64,000 bases of DNA from NCBI GenBank assembly GCA_964016885.1, contig OZ024742.1, forward strand, positions 253,208,001-253,272,000, given 5' to 3'. The translations under genes and the position numbers were made by a program. The notes under the pieces were generated by a model. The model did not search any database, had not been told where the DNA came from, and worked only from the letters and a program-made list of their open reading frames with translations. This document shows positions 1 to 13,140 of the stretch, piece after piece (position 1 is the first letter of the stretch; each line of letters begins with the position of its first letter). This stretch comes from Eledone cirrhosa (lineage: Eukaryota).

Positions 1-580
1 CAAATTGAAAACCAATCTCTAGAATGCTATGCAAAATGGATGGCAAGAAAAACCTCTATATGGCCAATACTCTAAAAATACTGAATAGGGGGAAGTGGAC
101 AACCAAAATCACAAAACTTAATAATTTCTTTTATTTATCATTGTGGCTTTAGATGAAGAGGACATTACAAACACATGCTACAACATGAAGATAGAGCTTT
201 ACATAGAAAGTGAGGTTTGTTAGAACAAGATAAAAGTATATACAGTATCCATATAAGGTATTCACTTCTGTACTTAGGATCACTTAAGGTACATTACAGA
301 TCCACAATCACCCTGATCAAGTATTATTGGCCTCCTTAATTGTCACTTTTCAACCTACAAGCAATATTTTTCATGTACATTTATATTATATTTGATACAC
401 ACACAGACAAACCATGTACATATACAATGTTAATACACCCAGACATACATACACACCACCTTGAACAGTGTATACACTACTCCAACAACACTTACACATA
501 CAAAGAAGAATCAAATACAGCACACAGATTCCTTTTTTATGCTCTTCTAATCCATGAAACTCACCTTTCTGTTTTCTACT

Positions 581-615
581 ACTCCTGATGAAGGACTAAC
601 GCCCGATATGTTAAA
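581..615 (+). ncRNA. Degenerate hammerhead-like motif in a probable PLE terminal remnant
   Basis: CTGATGA-aggac taac gccc-GATA-TGTTA, with GAAA mutated. A similar decayed segment with a related downstream sequence lies at about 2815-2880. Confidence 0.35.
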
Positions 616-696
616 ATTTCTTTTCTTCTGTTTCAAGCATGGAACTAATAAGACTATTGCTATTGTATCTCTATTTCTTTAATTATATATATACAT

Positions 697-747
697 AGTT
701 TCAGAAGATCCTGTTAAGGGTGAAAGCAGCGATTCTTTGCTTAAACT
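697..747 (+). ncRNA. Hammerhead-like motif with variant CAGAAGA core (copy of 16980-17030)
   Basis: agttt CAGAAGA tcctgttaagggt GAAA gca gcgattctt tgc T T aaact. Stems I, II and III all pair; followed by (TA)n. Confidence 0.6.
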
Positions 748-758
748 TTAATCTGTTA

Positions 759-840
<82 letters not shown>

Positions 841-845
<5 letters not shown>

Positions 846-1283
846 ATATTCGAGGATGGTTATGTTGCCAATATTGTCAATAAAAGACACACATAGTATT
901 TGATTTTCACTTCAGCTTTATCATTATTTATTAATTAGTTCATCAAAGTTCTTTTGTCACACATTTTGTGACCTCTTTAATGACTATTTGCTTTCCTCTG
1001 AGTTTCCTCTTCTTTTTGGTCTTATTTTGTTTACTCCATCTTGACTTTCTGTGGTGCATTTCATTGCACATGCGTTTGTAGTATCTGCACCTGTGTGTGT
1101 ATCTTTGTGTCTGTGGGTTTGTATCTCTATTTCTCTGTTTGTGTCTTCATATGTCTTTTTTCTCTTTCTAATGCATCCTATTCTGTCTTTAGTCATTAGG
1201 TAGTAGGCTTGAGGTGTTACTATTCAATTTGTGTTTACTGTTGAGACACTATTGGCAACATGGCTATCTCCAAATATAACAAC
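841..1283. mobile_element. Old fold-back element with diverged ~50-bp inverted ends, next to (TA)n
   Basis: 841-890 (ttgttatattcgaggatggttatgttgccaatattgtc...) is a diverged reverse complement of 1231-1283. Related in sequence to the element at 15083-15370. Confidence 0.5.
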
Positions 1284-1716
1284 ATTTGTTTCAACATGAT
1301 TTTAAATACAAAATCTTGCAAAAACAAATATATATAGATATATGGTGGCTGCCAACTCGTTTTTGAGTATGGCCACTACTTTAAATCCATGTAGGAGAAC
1401 CGCTACCAATGCGCTGAACAAGTGTGACTTTTTAGTATAGCCAGCAACTTGAAAACTCTGGTACAAACACTACACTTGTGACAATTATTGACACATAGTG
1501 CTGGGCCCATGGTACCATGTGATGACAAGTGCAGAGAGATCTCCAGATACAAAGCAATGCCTGTGCCGTGAAGCTTTTATAGTGAGCAAAGGCACTGCAC
1601 AAAGCCAGTCCCACTCTCTTAACCAAGATGATATTTACCAAAAAGAAGAACAAGTCAACATCATTGGATACCATCAGGGTTGCAGGTGTTATATCAGAGT
1701 TTTCCAGATATATACA

Positions 1717-1750
<34 letters not shown>

Positions 1751-2087
1751 CATACATATATATATATTTATATATATACTTATACTATATAATACTTTGT
1801 GTGTGTGTGTGTGTGTGTGTGTATGGGTATATATGTGAACATATGTATCAACGCGCCCCCCCCCCCGGGGGGGGGGGCAACCCTTTGATTAAAATTAAAT
1901 CTACTTATCCAAGTACCCTGGCCAATGTAGTTTCAGAATATATATGGTTATGAGGGGGGGGGGGGGGCGTCTATCTCCAACACCATAGGAGGAATTTGTA
2001 AACAAACAGACAGACAGGAACTACAACTTTATATGTTATAGATATATATATATATTGGGTCAAGTATGAAATTTGTAGAAATATATA

Positions 2088-2419
2088 GGAGGCACATGGC
2101 TTAGTGGTTAGAACATTGGCCTTGCAATCGAAAGGTTGTGAGTTCAATTCTCAGACCGGGTGTTGTGTTGTTTCCTTGAGCAAGACACTTTATTTCACAT
2201 TGCTCCAGTTTACTCAGCTGTAGAAATGAGATGATAGGGACTGGGGTCCATATCATTCCACTGTAAAGTGGTCGTGGAGGTGCCACGGCAAAAAAGCACC
2301 CAGCACTCACTGTAAATGAGGTTGGTGTTAGGAAGGGCATCCAGCTGTAGAAAACCAGCCAGAATCAGTTCCCATCCCACCCTTGCAAGCAGGGAAAAGT
2401 GGACGTAAAATGAAATGAA

Positions 2420-2424
<5 letters not shown>
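2088..2424 (+). mobile_element. tRNA-derived SINE, family A (RTE-type 3' tail)
   Basis: A box TGGCTTAGTGG, B box GAGTTCAATTC, central CCTTGAGCAAGACACTT, tail ...CCCTTGCAAGCAGGGAAAAGTGGACGTAAAATGAAATGAA. Further copies at 29195 (+) and 3217-3363 (-). Confidence 0.85.
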
Positions 2425-2464
<40 letters not shown>

Positions 2465-3216
2465 AAACATGCACACTTCACTTTTCCCTTCACAGCTCTG
2501 TATACACACATTCACACCCTTATATTAACATATTTTTGCTCATAGCTTCGTACAGACGTATAATAATACACACACACACACATGCATACACATGCACACA
2601 AGTATAACTCTTTATACAAAATGGTTTTTTTTCTATTTAAGGTAGGTGCGCTCCATCATCCACGTTTCTAAAAAAATAGATCATACACAAAACACCAGCA
2701 TCAACAGTTTTCCAAGAGATGTTAACATAAATGGACCTGATATTTTTATCTAAAGACATTTTATCCAATTCCACCTCGCCTGTCCCTTCAATCTATCTTA
2801 TTTCTCTTTATTTCTTATGATGAAGGACTAGCATCAGAAAAATTAAGACCCTCTTACTGCTATTTCAAGCATTAACCTAATATATTCCTTCCATATATTG
2901 TACCGATCGTGTTGTTATTTCTGTTTACCTTTTACATATATATATATATTAAACTTATGCAAAAAATCTATATTTAGGGGAGAATAAGACAGACTAAAAT
3001 AAGGAAGTCTCATTCAACAAACATCTCCCTGCCATCGTTTCAGAAACAAAAGAAACAATACCAGCCATTTCAAATCATTGGAATAACTAATATTGGAAGA
3101 ATTCATTTTTTTGTCAGGGGACTATTCTTTGGAACAGGAGGAGATATTGATCATAAAGTATACAGACCATTTTGTTGCTGAAACCACATGCTTTAGAAAT
3201 GAGTACCAGCAGGCTG

Positions 3217-3359
3217 GTACTCATTTCTACAGCTGAATAAACTGGAGCAACGTGAAATAAAGTGTCTTGCTCAAGGAAACAACACATCACCCGGTCCGAG
3301 AATTGAACTCGCAACCTTTCGACTGCAAGCCCAATGCTCTAACCACTAAGCCATGCACC

Positions 3360-3363
<4 letters not shown>
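3217..3363 (-). mobile_element. SINE family A, 5' half
   Basis: Reverse complement matches the head and central domain of 2088-2230. Confidence 0.8.
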
Positions 3364-3458
<95 letters not shown>

Positions 3459-3518
3459 GAAAGACGTAAAATAAGAAAATTTTAAAAATTAAAAATTAAC
3501 TTACTTACTAAAATTTTC

Positions 3519-3600
3519 ACTCCAACTAATTAGTTTCTGTAAGGGGATAAATATAGTTACGTAAGATAACTATAGAGAATTCCTTACGTCATCAGGGAGT
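3519..3600 (-). ncRNA. Type I hammerhead ribozyme with long stem II
   Basis: Minus strand: actcc CTGATGA c gtaagg...tatagtta tcttacg taactata...ccttac a GAAA ctaattag T T ggagt. Stem III is the palindrome ACTAATTAGT. Confidence 0.8.
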
Positions 3601-3824
3601 CTATTCTCAGCTAAGTTCCCAGGCAATGCGCGGACACTAGGAACCCATATAAAAATAATAATTCAGTGGATGGAACAAAGCTAGCGGGGACTAAATTCCA
3701 AAGCACTGAAAAAATTCACTGCCTCTTTGCACCCCCCTGCATAGAACCACAAAGGTACTAAGACACAACATATATATTTGCCGGAATGGGTATACATCTG
3801 TATACATATGTTGGTAGATATACT

Positions 3825-3917
<93 letters not shown>

Positions 3918-5479
3918 TATATACATATACATATACATATATATATAAACTTTGGTATCAATGAAGATAAAACATTGTTTCTAATTGAATATGACACTGA
4001 GGAGAAAGATTTCAACTAATTATGGGCTAAGGTGGGCTGAGGTGTGTTAAGGTGGGATGAAGTGACTGGGGGAGGCAGCTAAAGGGAGTGGAGTATACTA
4101 TGGAGGAGGGGAATCAAGTTTAATTTTTTATTTTCAATGTTTCATTTTATTTTACAAAGCTGTTTATACAAAAACAAAACACTATTGATATATAACTGCA
4201 ATTAAAACAAAAGATAGGAAAAGAGCAAAGATTGTTAAACAATGAAAGAATGGAGTTAGGAGATAGGGTGACAGAGAGGCAACAAAAAAGAAAGAAAACG
4301 GAAATGAAAAGAAAACAATCAAACAATGAAAGAAAAGGAGAGGGCAAGGACAGTCACTACACCCCAGTCTGTGTGGTGCCTCAGCTGCACCTTGTGGACA
4401 CGATGGCAAAGGTGTTACCATAGAGGATGGCTAGCGACACCCATTGCAACAGCCACGCCACCTCATTTGACTGCATCCTCAAGTGGGCTGCCGTCTTTCT
4501 GATTTTATGGAGAAATTCAGCAGTGTGAGGACCTAGGATATAAAAGGTCTCAACAGAGGCTGGTGCAAGAGGAAGTAGTTGGTCAGGCCTCAGTATTTAA
4601 CTATCTTCCTCTCCTCTGCATTGCAGGCAGTGGAAAATTTTAGAATGTGAGTGAATGAGTGTTGAAGGGGGAGTTAGGAGGAGGAGGAGGAGAATGAGGT
4701 GGAGAAAGTGATAAGATAGAAGTGAATGTTGACAGGGGAGGGGAGGAGTTAGGATGAGAAAGAGGAGGCGAGGGAGAAGGTAGCCAGAACTGGCAAATTC
4801 ATTTGAATGTTGGATAAAGTGCTTTGTGGTATTCGTTCCAAATCTCTGCTTTCTGATTTCAAATCCTGTCCTGGTCAACTTTTGATGTCAATAAATAAAG
4901 TTCCTGTACTATATGTAGGTTGATTCTTCCTCTATATCTCTTTCTCCCTTTCATCTCTCTCTCTTTGTGTCTCCTTCTTTGAAAGAAATCATCTGTGTTC
5001 AGACCTGGAGAGAGATGGGCATTGTCAAGTCTGAGCCCTCCATGACCACATAAATATTTTTAGTAATAAGTATAACTTAATATATATATTTCCTATATAA
5101 AATTATGTTGGAAGATTTTAATTTAAATAAGAATCCTTTAAAATGTGAATTTGTTTTGAAGAACCACAGATTGTTTTTGGTTGGGTTGGTGCCAAAAGGG
5201 TTAAACAAAGTTTCCCATATGACTGCATCAAGACTTAAGGGCTTGTGACATAGAATGAGTGTTAATAGTGGGTGATTGGGTGGTTGGGGGGAGTGAGTAA
5301 ACTAAAGAAGGAAAATGATGAGAGACAACTGATATTGTTGATGCTGAATCTCTATTTCGATGATGACTGTTCTAGCAATGGGACAGCCTGCTTCTAAAAT
5401 TACCATGCAAGTGGATGAGCATTCTTGAAATACATGTAGCTCAGGGAGATTCAGAATGATGCAGTATGTGATGATAATG

Positions 5480-5679
5480 GCTTCTTATATAGGCACAAGG
5501 CAGGCAAATTTTTTTTTTGGGGGGTAAAGTCGATTAAATCGACCCCAGTACATGACTGGTACTTTATTTTATCGACCCCGTAAGGATGAAAGGCAAAGTT
5601 AACCTCGGCGGGATTTGAACTCAGATCATAAAGGGCCGTAATTCTATGCTGCAAAGCATGGCGTCCGACCCTCTACCGA
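5480..5679 (-). mobile_element. tRNA-derived SINE, family B, with 19-bp target-site duplication
   Basis: Reverse complement contains GAGTTCAAATCCCGCCGAGGTTAACTTTGCCTTTCATCCTTACGGGGTCGATAAAATAAAGTACCAGT. The direct repeat gcagtatgtgatgataatg flanks it at 5461-5479 and 5680-5698. Confidence 0.85.
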
Positions 5680-6032
5680 GCAGTATGTGATGATAATGCT
5701 GGCCCTTTTGAATTAGAGCTACAGCTGATTTATACCAGCTGAGTAGACTGGAGTAACATGAAATAAAGTATCTTGCTCAATGTCACAATATGCCACTGAG
5801 AATTCGGCCATATACACTAACAGCTAAACCATAACCCTTCACAGAATGATAGCAGCATCATGTCATATTCATCATCATCATCACTGTTTTACATCCATTT
5901 TTCCATGCCAGCATGGGTTAAACGAGTTGCTCTGTTGTGGGCAATGCTAGGTCAGGTGACCATGTCTTGCTCATACAGAACTGATTTTGGCTTGGTTTCT
6001 ACAGCTTGATGACCTTCCTAATGCCAACCTCA

Positions 6033-6866
6033 TTTACAGTGAGTACTGGGTGTTTTTTGTTGTGACATCTACATGACCATTTTAGAGTGTGGGCTGGGTG
6101 CTTTTTGTTGTGACACCTACATGACCATTTTACAGTGTGGGCTGGGTGCTTTTTGTTGTGACACCCACATGACCATTTTACAGTGTGGGCTGGGTGATTT
6201 TTGTTGTGACACCTACATGACTACTTTACAGTGTGGACTGGGTGATTTTTGTTTTTGACACCTACATGAACACTTTACAGTGTGGACTGGGGGATTTTTG
6301 TTGTGACACCTACATGACTACTTTACAGTGTGGACTGGGGGATTTTTGTTGTTGACACCTACATGAACACTTTACAGTGTGGACTGGGGGATTTTTGTTG
6401 TGACACCTACATGACCACTTTACAGTGTGGACTGGGTGATTTTTGTTGTGACACCTACATGACCACTTTACAGTGTGGACTGGGTGATTTTTATTGTGAC
6501 ACCTACATGACCACTTTACAGTGTGGACTGCGTGATTTTGTTGTGACACCTACATGACCATTTTATAGTGTGGACTGGGTGAATTTTGTTGTGACACCTA
6601 CATGATCACTTTACAGTGTGCACTGGGTGATTTTGTTGTGACACCTACATGACCACTTTATAGTGTGGACTGGGTGAATTTTGTTGTGACACCTATATGA
6701 TCACTTTACAGTGTGCACTGGGTGATTTTTGTTGTGACACCTACATGACCACTTTATAGTGTGCACTGGGTGATTTTTGTTGTGACACCTACATGACCAC
6801 TTTATAGTGAGTACTGGACACTTTTTACTGTGTCACCATCATGACCACTTTATAGTGTGGGCTGGG
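6033..6866. repeat. 48-bp minisatellite (~17 units) expanded from an RTE/SINE 3' segment
   Basis: Unit ctgggtgatttttgttgtgacacctacatgaccactttacagtgtgga, seen as a 16-aa periodicity in the ORF track. The same motif occurs 1-3 times in SINE/RTE 3' regions (2260-2315, 8975-9080, 33755-33860). Confidence 0.9.
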
Positions 6867-7149
6867 AGCTTCACTTGATGTATACTTCGGCCGGTCCTCA
6901 TGGGAGATGTGTGGGAAGGTGGGGTGGGGTGGTGCATACTGTATATATGCTTCAGCTTTGGCCTGTGCAAGTGGGAAGTCGGGTCTTCTGTAGTTGGATA
7001 TATTTTATCCTATATCAGATTATTGGAGAAGTATTTTATTTGGACATCAATGTGGAACAACATTGACTGCTGCAATAGACAGGATACAGTTTAACTGATG
7101 AGACAAATTGCTAGTATCATCTAAGAAACTTGAAAAGTACTTTCACACG

Positions 7150-7650
7150 GATATTTGTTGTTGTGGGTATATCTGTGTGTCTATGTTGTGTCTGTATCTG
7201 TATGTGTATGTTTGAATGTGTGTGTATGTGTGTGTTTTTATGTGTGTATCTGTGTGTATATGTGTATGTGTATATGAATGTGTGTATGTGTGTGCATGTA
7301 TGTGTGTGTGTATGTATATGTGTGTATGTATGTGTGTGTATATATATGTGTGTATGTGTATATATGTGTGTGTATGTTTGTATGTGTCTATGCGTATGCA
7401 TGTGCATATGAGTATGTACATGTGGGGAAGTGTGAATGTGCATGCGTTTGTATATGTATGTGTATGAGTACGTATGTGTATATGTGGATATGTGTGTGTA
7501 TGCGTATGTGTATGTGTGTGTATGTGTATGTGTATGCGTGTGTATGTATGTGTGAATGCATGTGTGTACGTATGTGTGTTTATGTCTATGTGTATGTATG
7601 CATGTGTATGTGTGTATGTATGTGTATGTATGTATGTGCGTGTGTGTGAG
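7150..7650. repeat. Degenerate (GT/AT)n microsatellite
   Basis: Continuous gtgt/gtat runs. Confidence 0.9.
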
Positions 7651-7791
7651 TGTTTTTGTTTGGACATAGGAATAAAAGCAATATTTAAAAAGAAATCAAT
7701 TGGTTGCCATTTATAACAAGATAGACCTGTCAACAATTGTATTGTAAGAACACCTAAAAATTGATATTTCCTTCCTTCATTCTATCTATTA

Positions 7792-7848
<57 letters not shown>

Positions 7849-7849
<1 letters not shown>

Positions 7850-8109
7850 TGTATTTGTCCCCTTCTTTTGTGCCCCTGTGGCTAATAAAGAAATATATCT
7901 ATCTATCTATCTATTCGTACTCCTGGAGATGAGGGTTGCACATTTCTTCGGGGGTATGTGTTACCCATATAAACTGTCTCCCCCTATTGGGGAAAATCGA
8001 CTAACTTTTTAAATTGCATTTGTGATAACATTTTACACGTTTTTATTGTATGTAAACTTCCCCCTTTGTATTTGTCCCCTTCTTTTGTGCCCCTGTGGCT
8101 AATAAAGAA

Positions 8110-8160
<51 letters not shown>

Positions 8161-8668
8161 AAACCGCCAGACTCTTTCAAAAAAGAAAAAGAGGCGGTTT
8201 TCCTCTGTACGGTGGCTATGGTGAAAGAAGTTATATGGTGGACGAGGTTGAGAGGACTGAGGACAGATGCCTTTCTCTCCGGACAACAATTGATTCCCTT
8301 CTTTAAGTATCACTTTAGAAGGAGAATCAGGGTGGAGAGAGAGGCACTGCACCCCAGTAAATTTACTGAAAGGTGGGTGAATGAAGCGAAAATGGCCCGA
8401 GTGATTGGGCCTTCTCTGTTTATAAGCCTGTAGGTTGAGGAAGAGAGCAAAAGGAAGAAAGGAGCACTTACACAACACGCTCCTCGAGTTGAGGGTTGTT
8501 CTATCGACGGGGTATTAAACAACCCATTTGTGGCGCCTCCCCCCTATTGGGGATTTCGATTGTTGAAATTGTTTGTTTTTATATTTTTTACACGACTGTA
8601 TGTAAAATCCCCGGCATATCTTTGTATTGTCCCCTTTCTTGTTGCGCCCTTGTGGCTAATAAAGAAAT
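7849..8668 (+). mobile_element. Three 5'-truncated Tx1-like LINE 3' ends embedded in (TATC)n
   Basis: Pieces at about 7849-7892, 7914-8111 and 8161-8668 each end GTGGCTAATAAAGAAAT followed by (CTAT)n. The peptide KEVIWWTRLRG...VEREAL...ERWV is homologous to 40747-41031 and 44892-45077. Confidence 0.75.
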
Positions 8669-8775
8669 CTATCTATCTATCTATCTACCTGTCTGTCTGT
8701 CTGTCTGTCTATATGTCAGTCTATCTGTCTATCTATCAATCTATCTATCTATTTATTAATTTACCCGTGTATCTA

Positions 8776-9760
8776 TCATCATCATCATCATCATTGTTGA
8801 ATGTCCAGTTTCTATGCTAGCATGGGTTAGACGGTTCGTGTCGCTTGACCAAGTCGTGCTCATACAGAACTGCTTCTGGCATGGTTTCTATGGCTGAATG
8901 CCCTTCCTAATGCCAACCACATTTACTGTGTGTGTTGGCACCCAGTGGCCTTTTGTTGTGACTCCTACATGAACACTTTACAGTGTGGGCTGGGTGCTTT
9001 TTATTGTGACACCTACATGGCCACTTTACAGTGAGGGCTAGATGCTTTTTGTTGTGATACCAACACAACAACTTTACAGTGTAAGGGTGGTGTGAACAGA
9101 AGTGGGTGTGTGGGTTTTAGGGCATGGAAGGTGTATGGAAGAGTGGGGTATAGTGATTAAAAGGTGACTACTAGATGTATGTTTCAATCTGTGCACATCG
9201 GAAGGTGGTTCTTCATAACTCCAAAGATCTCGATCCTGTATCATTGTCTTTGAGAGATGCAATTGTGCAATTGTGCAAAGTCAGCTTCCATCATCTCATT
9301 CCAGGTCTTTCTGGGTCTTCCTACTTCATAGATTTTGTAAATTTTGGATGCCCAGCACCTTTTTATACAGCTGTCATCCTTAATACGTATCACATGACCA
9401 TACCAATGCAATCTTCTCTCTAGCATACTGCATCTAATTGCTCTTATGCCCAGTTTCTCTGTCAGTTCTATTTACGCTTTGCCATTCATGATATTACTAT
9501 TATACATCCATCGGAGCATGCATGATTTATTTATTTCCAATGTTCATAGCTCTTCTGCACACAGAGCCCAGGTCTCACTACCATGCAACATTGCTGTTTG
9601 TATATATGCATTGTACAAGCTGCCCTTCATTTTAAGGGAAGAAAACCTGTTGTAGCTAACAGCGATAGTAACTCTCTGAACTTTCTTCATCTTGCTCTTA
9701 CTCTGGCTACTCTACTTTCAGAACACCCTCCTCCACTGCTGATTTGGTCACCCAGGTAAT
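8776..9760 (-). mobile_element. Degenerate RTE-clade LINE 3' part with 3' UTR and (GAT)n tail
   Basis: ORF remnant ERRLHWYGHVIRIKDDSCIKRC...GRPRKTW, homologous to 33395-33661 and 60669-60893. Confidence 0.75.
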
Positions 9761-10499
9761 GGAAATTATCTATGTATCTATCCATCTATCTATTGGTCTG
9801 TCTATCTTTCTATCTCTCTTTATGACAATGATAATGATGAAGAAGATGATGATGATAATAAAGAAAAAGAGAAAGGGAGAATACCATGACAAGGATGGGG
9901 ACTTTCCATGTTTACATTGGTTGTGTAGGTTGCTTATACCTTCTATATTTGGCATGGTTTTATTGGCTAGATGCACTTCCTAACACCAAAAATCTTACAG
10001 GGTGTACTTGATGCATTTTATCATAGCAGCAGGGTGTATTGGGTGAATTTTATCATGTCGTAAAAGAGGTTATCATAATGTTGGCCTAACTGAAGAATCC
10101 TTGCAGAGTGTACTAGGTACATTTTATTATCGTGCCAATGTTGACTCAATCTGTTTCAATATATAAGAGGTGGTCTTGTCATCTGCAGGTTGAGAGAGCT
10201 GTCCTCAATACATAGTCTCTAGCTTTTCAGCATATTTATATTCAGTGTCATGGTATTTGTCCTGGTGGATGGCAGTTTTGTATTACAGCATTTCACCAGT
10301 CCAATTACAGACACTACTACTCCAAATTGAGAGCTATCAGTTCTGATAATACAGGTATGTGGTCAGAATGTCTAAGGAAAGAATTGCTGGACAGATTTTA
10401 CAGGCCAAACCAACTGGCAAGAGACCTAGGGGTAGATTCTGAGCAAGATGTTTGGTTAATATCCATGAGTTCTGCTTGGGATCAATTAGAGACATGGCA

Positions 10500-10976
10500 G
10501 AAGAAGAAGAAGAAGAAGAAGAAGAAGAAGAAGAAGAAGAAGAAGAAGAAGAAGAAGAAGAAGAAGAAGAAGAAGAAGAAGAAGAAGAAGAAGAAGAAGA
10601 AGAACTTTCACTATCCTTATGCATCACATATTGACGATGATGACGATGATGATGATGAAGGTGATGAAGATTTCATTTTTTCATCATTTCATTTTACGTC
10701 CGCTTTTTCCCTGCTTGCAAGATGAAGGCAATGATGGTGATGATAACAAAGACGACAATAATAATGATGAAAATGATGATGAAGGTGATGAAGATGATGA
10801 AGGTGATGAAGACGACGACGACGATGATGATGGTGATGGTGATGATGGTGATGATGATGTTGGTGATGATGAGGATGATGATGATGATGATGATGATGTT
10901 GGTGGTGATGATGATGATGATGATGATGATGGTGATGATGGTGATGGTGATGATGATGATGGTGGTGGTGATGATG

Positions 10977-11008
<32 letters not shown>

Positions 11009-11055
11009 GATGGTGATGATGGTGATGATGGTGATGATGGTGATAATGATGTTGG

Positions 11056-11096
<41 letters not shown>

Positions 11097-11121
11097 GTGA
11101 TGATGGTGATAATGATGTTGG

Positions 11122-11152
<31 letters not shown>

Positions 11153-11181
11153 GATGGTGATGATGGTGATAATGATGTTGG

Positions 11182-11279
<98 letters not shown>

Positions 11280-11340
11280 GTGACGATGGTGATGATGATG
11301 GTGACGATGGTGATGATGATGGTGACGATGGTGATAATTA
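10500..11340. repeat. (GAA)n then (GAT/GGT)n trinucleotide microsatellites
   Basis: Pure GAA at 10500-10604; GAT/GGT at about 10630-11340. Confidence 0.95.
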
Positions 11341-11459
11341 TGTTGTTTAGCAGGAGGAAAAAAGATGAATGATGCCTTTGGCTAAAACCACAGTGAGGAA
11401 GAGGAGGAGGGGGTAGATGATGTTGATGGAAAATAATGCTGACAAAGGTTCACAATAAT

Positions 11460-13140
11460 GTGGTGGTGGTGTTGGTGGTTGTGGTTGTGGTGCAGGTGAT
11501 GATGGTGGTATGGTGGTGGTGAGGGTAGAGGTGGTGATGGTGGTGGTGGTGGTGGCGGTAGCGGCGGTGGTGGTGGTGGCGGTGGGGGTGGTGTTGGTGG
11601 TTGTGGTTGTGGTGCAGGTGATGATGGTGGTATGGTGGTGGTGAGGGTAGAGGTGGTGATGGTGGTGGTGGTGGTGGCGGTAGCGGCGGTGGTGGTGGTG
11701 GCGGTGGGGGTGGTGTTGGTGGTTGTGGTTGTGGTGCAGGTGATGATGGTGGTATGGTGGTGGTGAGGGTAGAGGTGGTGATGGTGGTGATGGTGGTGGC
11801 GGTAGCGGCGGTGGTGGTGATGGTGGTATGGTGGTGGTATGGTGGTGGTGAGGGTAGAGGTGGTGATGGTGGTGATGGTGGTGGTGGTGATGGTGGTGAT
11901 GGTGGTGGTGGTGGTGGTTGTGGTTGTGGTGCAGGTGATGATGGTGGTATGGTGGTGGTGAGGGTAGAGGTGGTGATGGTGGTGGTGGTGGTGGCGGTAG
12001 CGGCGGTGGTGGTGATGGTGGTATGGTGGTGGTATGGTGGTGGTGAGGGTAGAGGTGGTGATGGTGGTGATGGTGGTGGTGGTGATGGTGGTGATGGTGG
12101 TGGTGGTGGTGGTTGTGGTTGTGGTGCAGGTGATGATGGTGGTATGGTGGTGGTGAGGGTAGAGGTGGTGATGGTGGTGGTGGTGGTGGCGGTAGCGGCG
12201 GTGGTGGTGATGGTGGTATGGTGGTGGTATGGTGGTGGTGAGGGTAGAGGTGGTGATGGTGGTGATGGTGGTGGTGGTGATGGTGGTGATGGTGGTGGTG
12301 GTGGTGGTTGTGGTTGTGGTGCAGGTGATGATGGTGGTATGGTGGTGGTGAGGGTAGAGGTGGTGATGGTGGTGGTGGTGGTGGCGGTAGCGGCGGTGGT
12401 GGTGATGGTGGTATGGTGGTGGTATGGTGGTGGTGAGGGTAGAGGTGGTGATGGTGGTGATGGTGGTGGTGGTGATGGTGGTGATGGTGGTGGTGGTTGT
12501 GGTTGTGGTGCAGGTGATGATGGTGGTATGGTGGTGGTGAGGGTAGAGGTGGTGATGGTGGTGGTGGTGGTGGCGGTAGCGGCGGTGGTGGTGATGGTGG
12601 TATGGTGGTGGTATGGTGGTGGTGAGGGTAGAGGTGGTGATGGTGGTGATGGTGGTGGTGGTGATGGTGGTGATGGTGGTGGTGGTTGTGGTTGTGGTGC
12701 AGGTGATGATGGTGGTATGGTGGTGGTGAGGGTAGAGGTGGTGATGGTGGTGATGGTGGTGGCGGTAGCGGCGGTGGTGGTGGTGGCGGTGGGGGTGATG
12801 GTGGTGGTGATTGTGGTGCAGGTGGTGATGGTGGTATGGTGGTGGTATGGTGGTCGTGAGGGTAGAGGTGGTGATGGTGGTGGTGATTGTGGTGCAGGTG
12901 GTGATGGTGGTATGGTGGTGGTATGGTGGTGGTGAGGGTAGAGGTGGTGATGGTGGTGATGGTGGTGGTGCAGGTGGTGATGGTGGTATGGTGGAGGTAT
13001 GGTGGTGGTGAGGGTAGAGGTGGTGATGGTGGTGATGGTGGTGGTGGTGATGGTGGTGATGGTGGTGGTGGTGGTGGTGGTGGCGGTGGTGGTGATGGTG
13101 GTGGTGATTGTGGTGCAGGTGGTGATGGTGGTGTTGGGTG
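11460..13140. repeat. GGT-based higher-order minisatellite (units of 122, 195 and 189 bp)
   Basis: Landmark gcaggtgatgatggtggtatgg recurs at 11492, 11614, 11736, 11931, 12126, 12321, 12510 and 12699. Confidence 0.85.

Noticed and set aside
1340-1707. Host coding exon (ORFs 1432-1737 and 1498-1953)
   Set aside because: The minus strand shows a broken CxxC..LKSH ending more consistent with a decayed LINE 3' end, and the ORFs run into microsatellite.
2088-2160. tRNA gene
   Set aside because: A and B boxes continue into a SINE body and tail present in several copies; no clean cloverleaf or terminator.
6073-6557. Cys-rich 16-aa repeat protein
   Set aside because: 48-bp minisatellite with frameshifting indels, derived from a retroelement 3' region.
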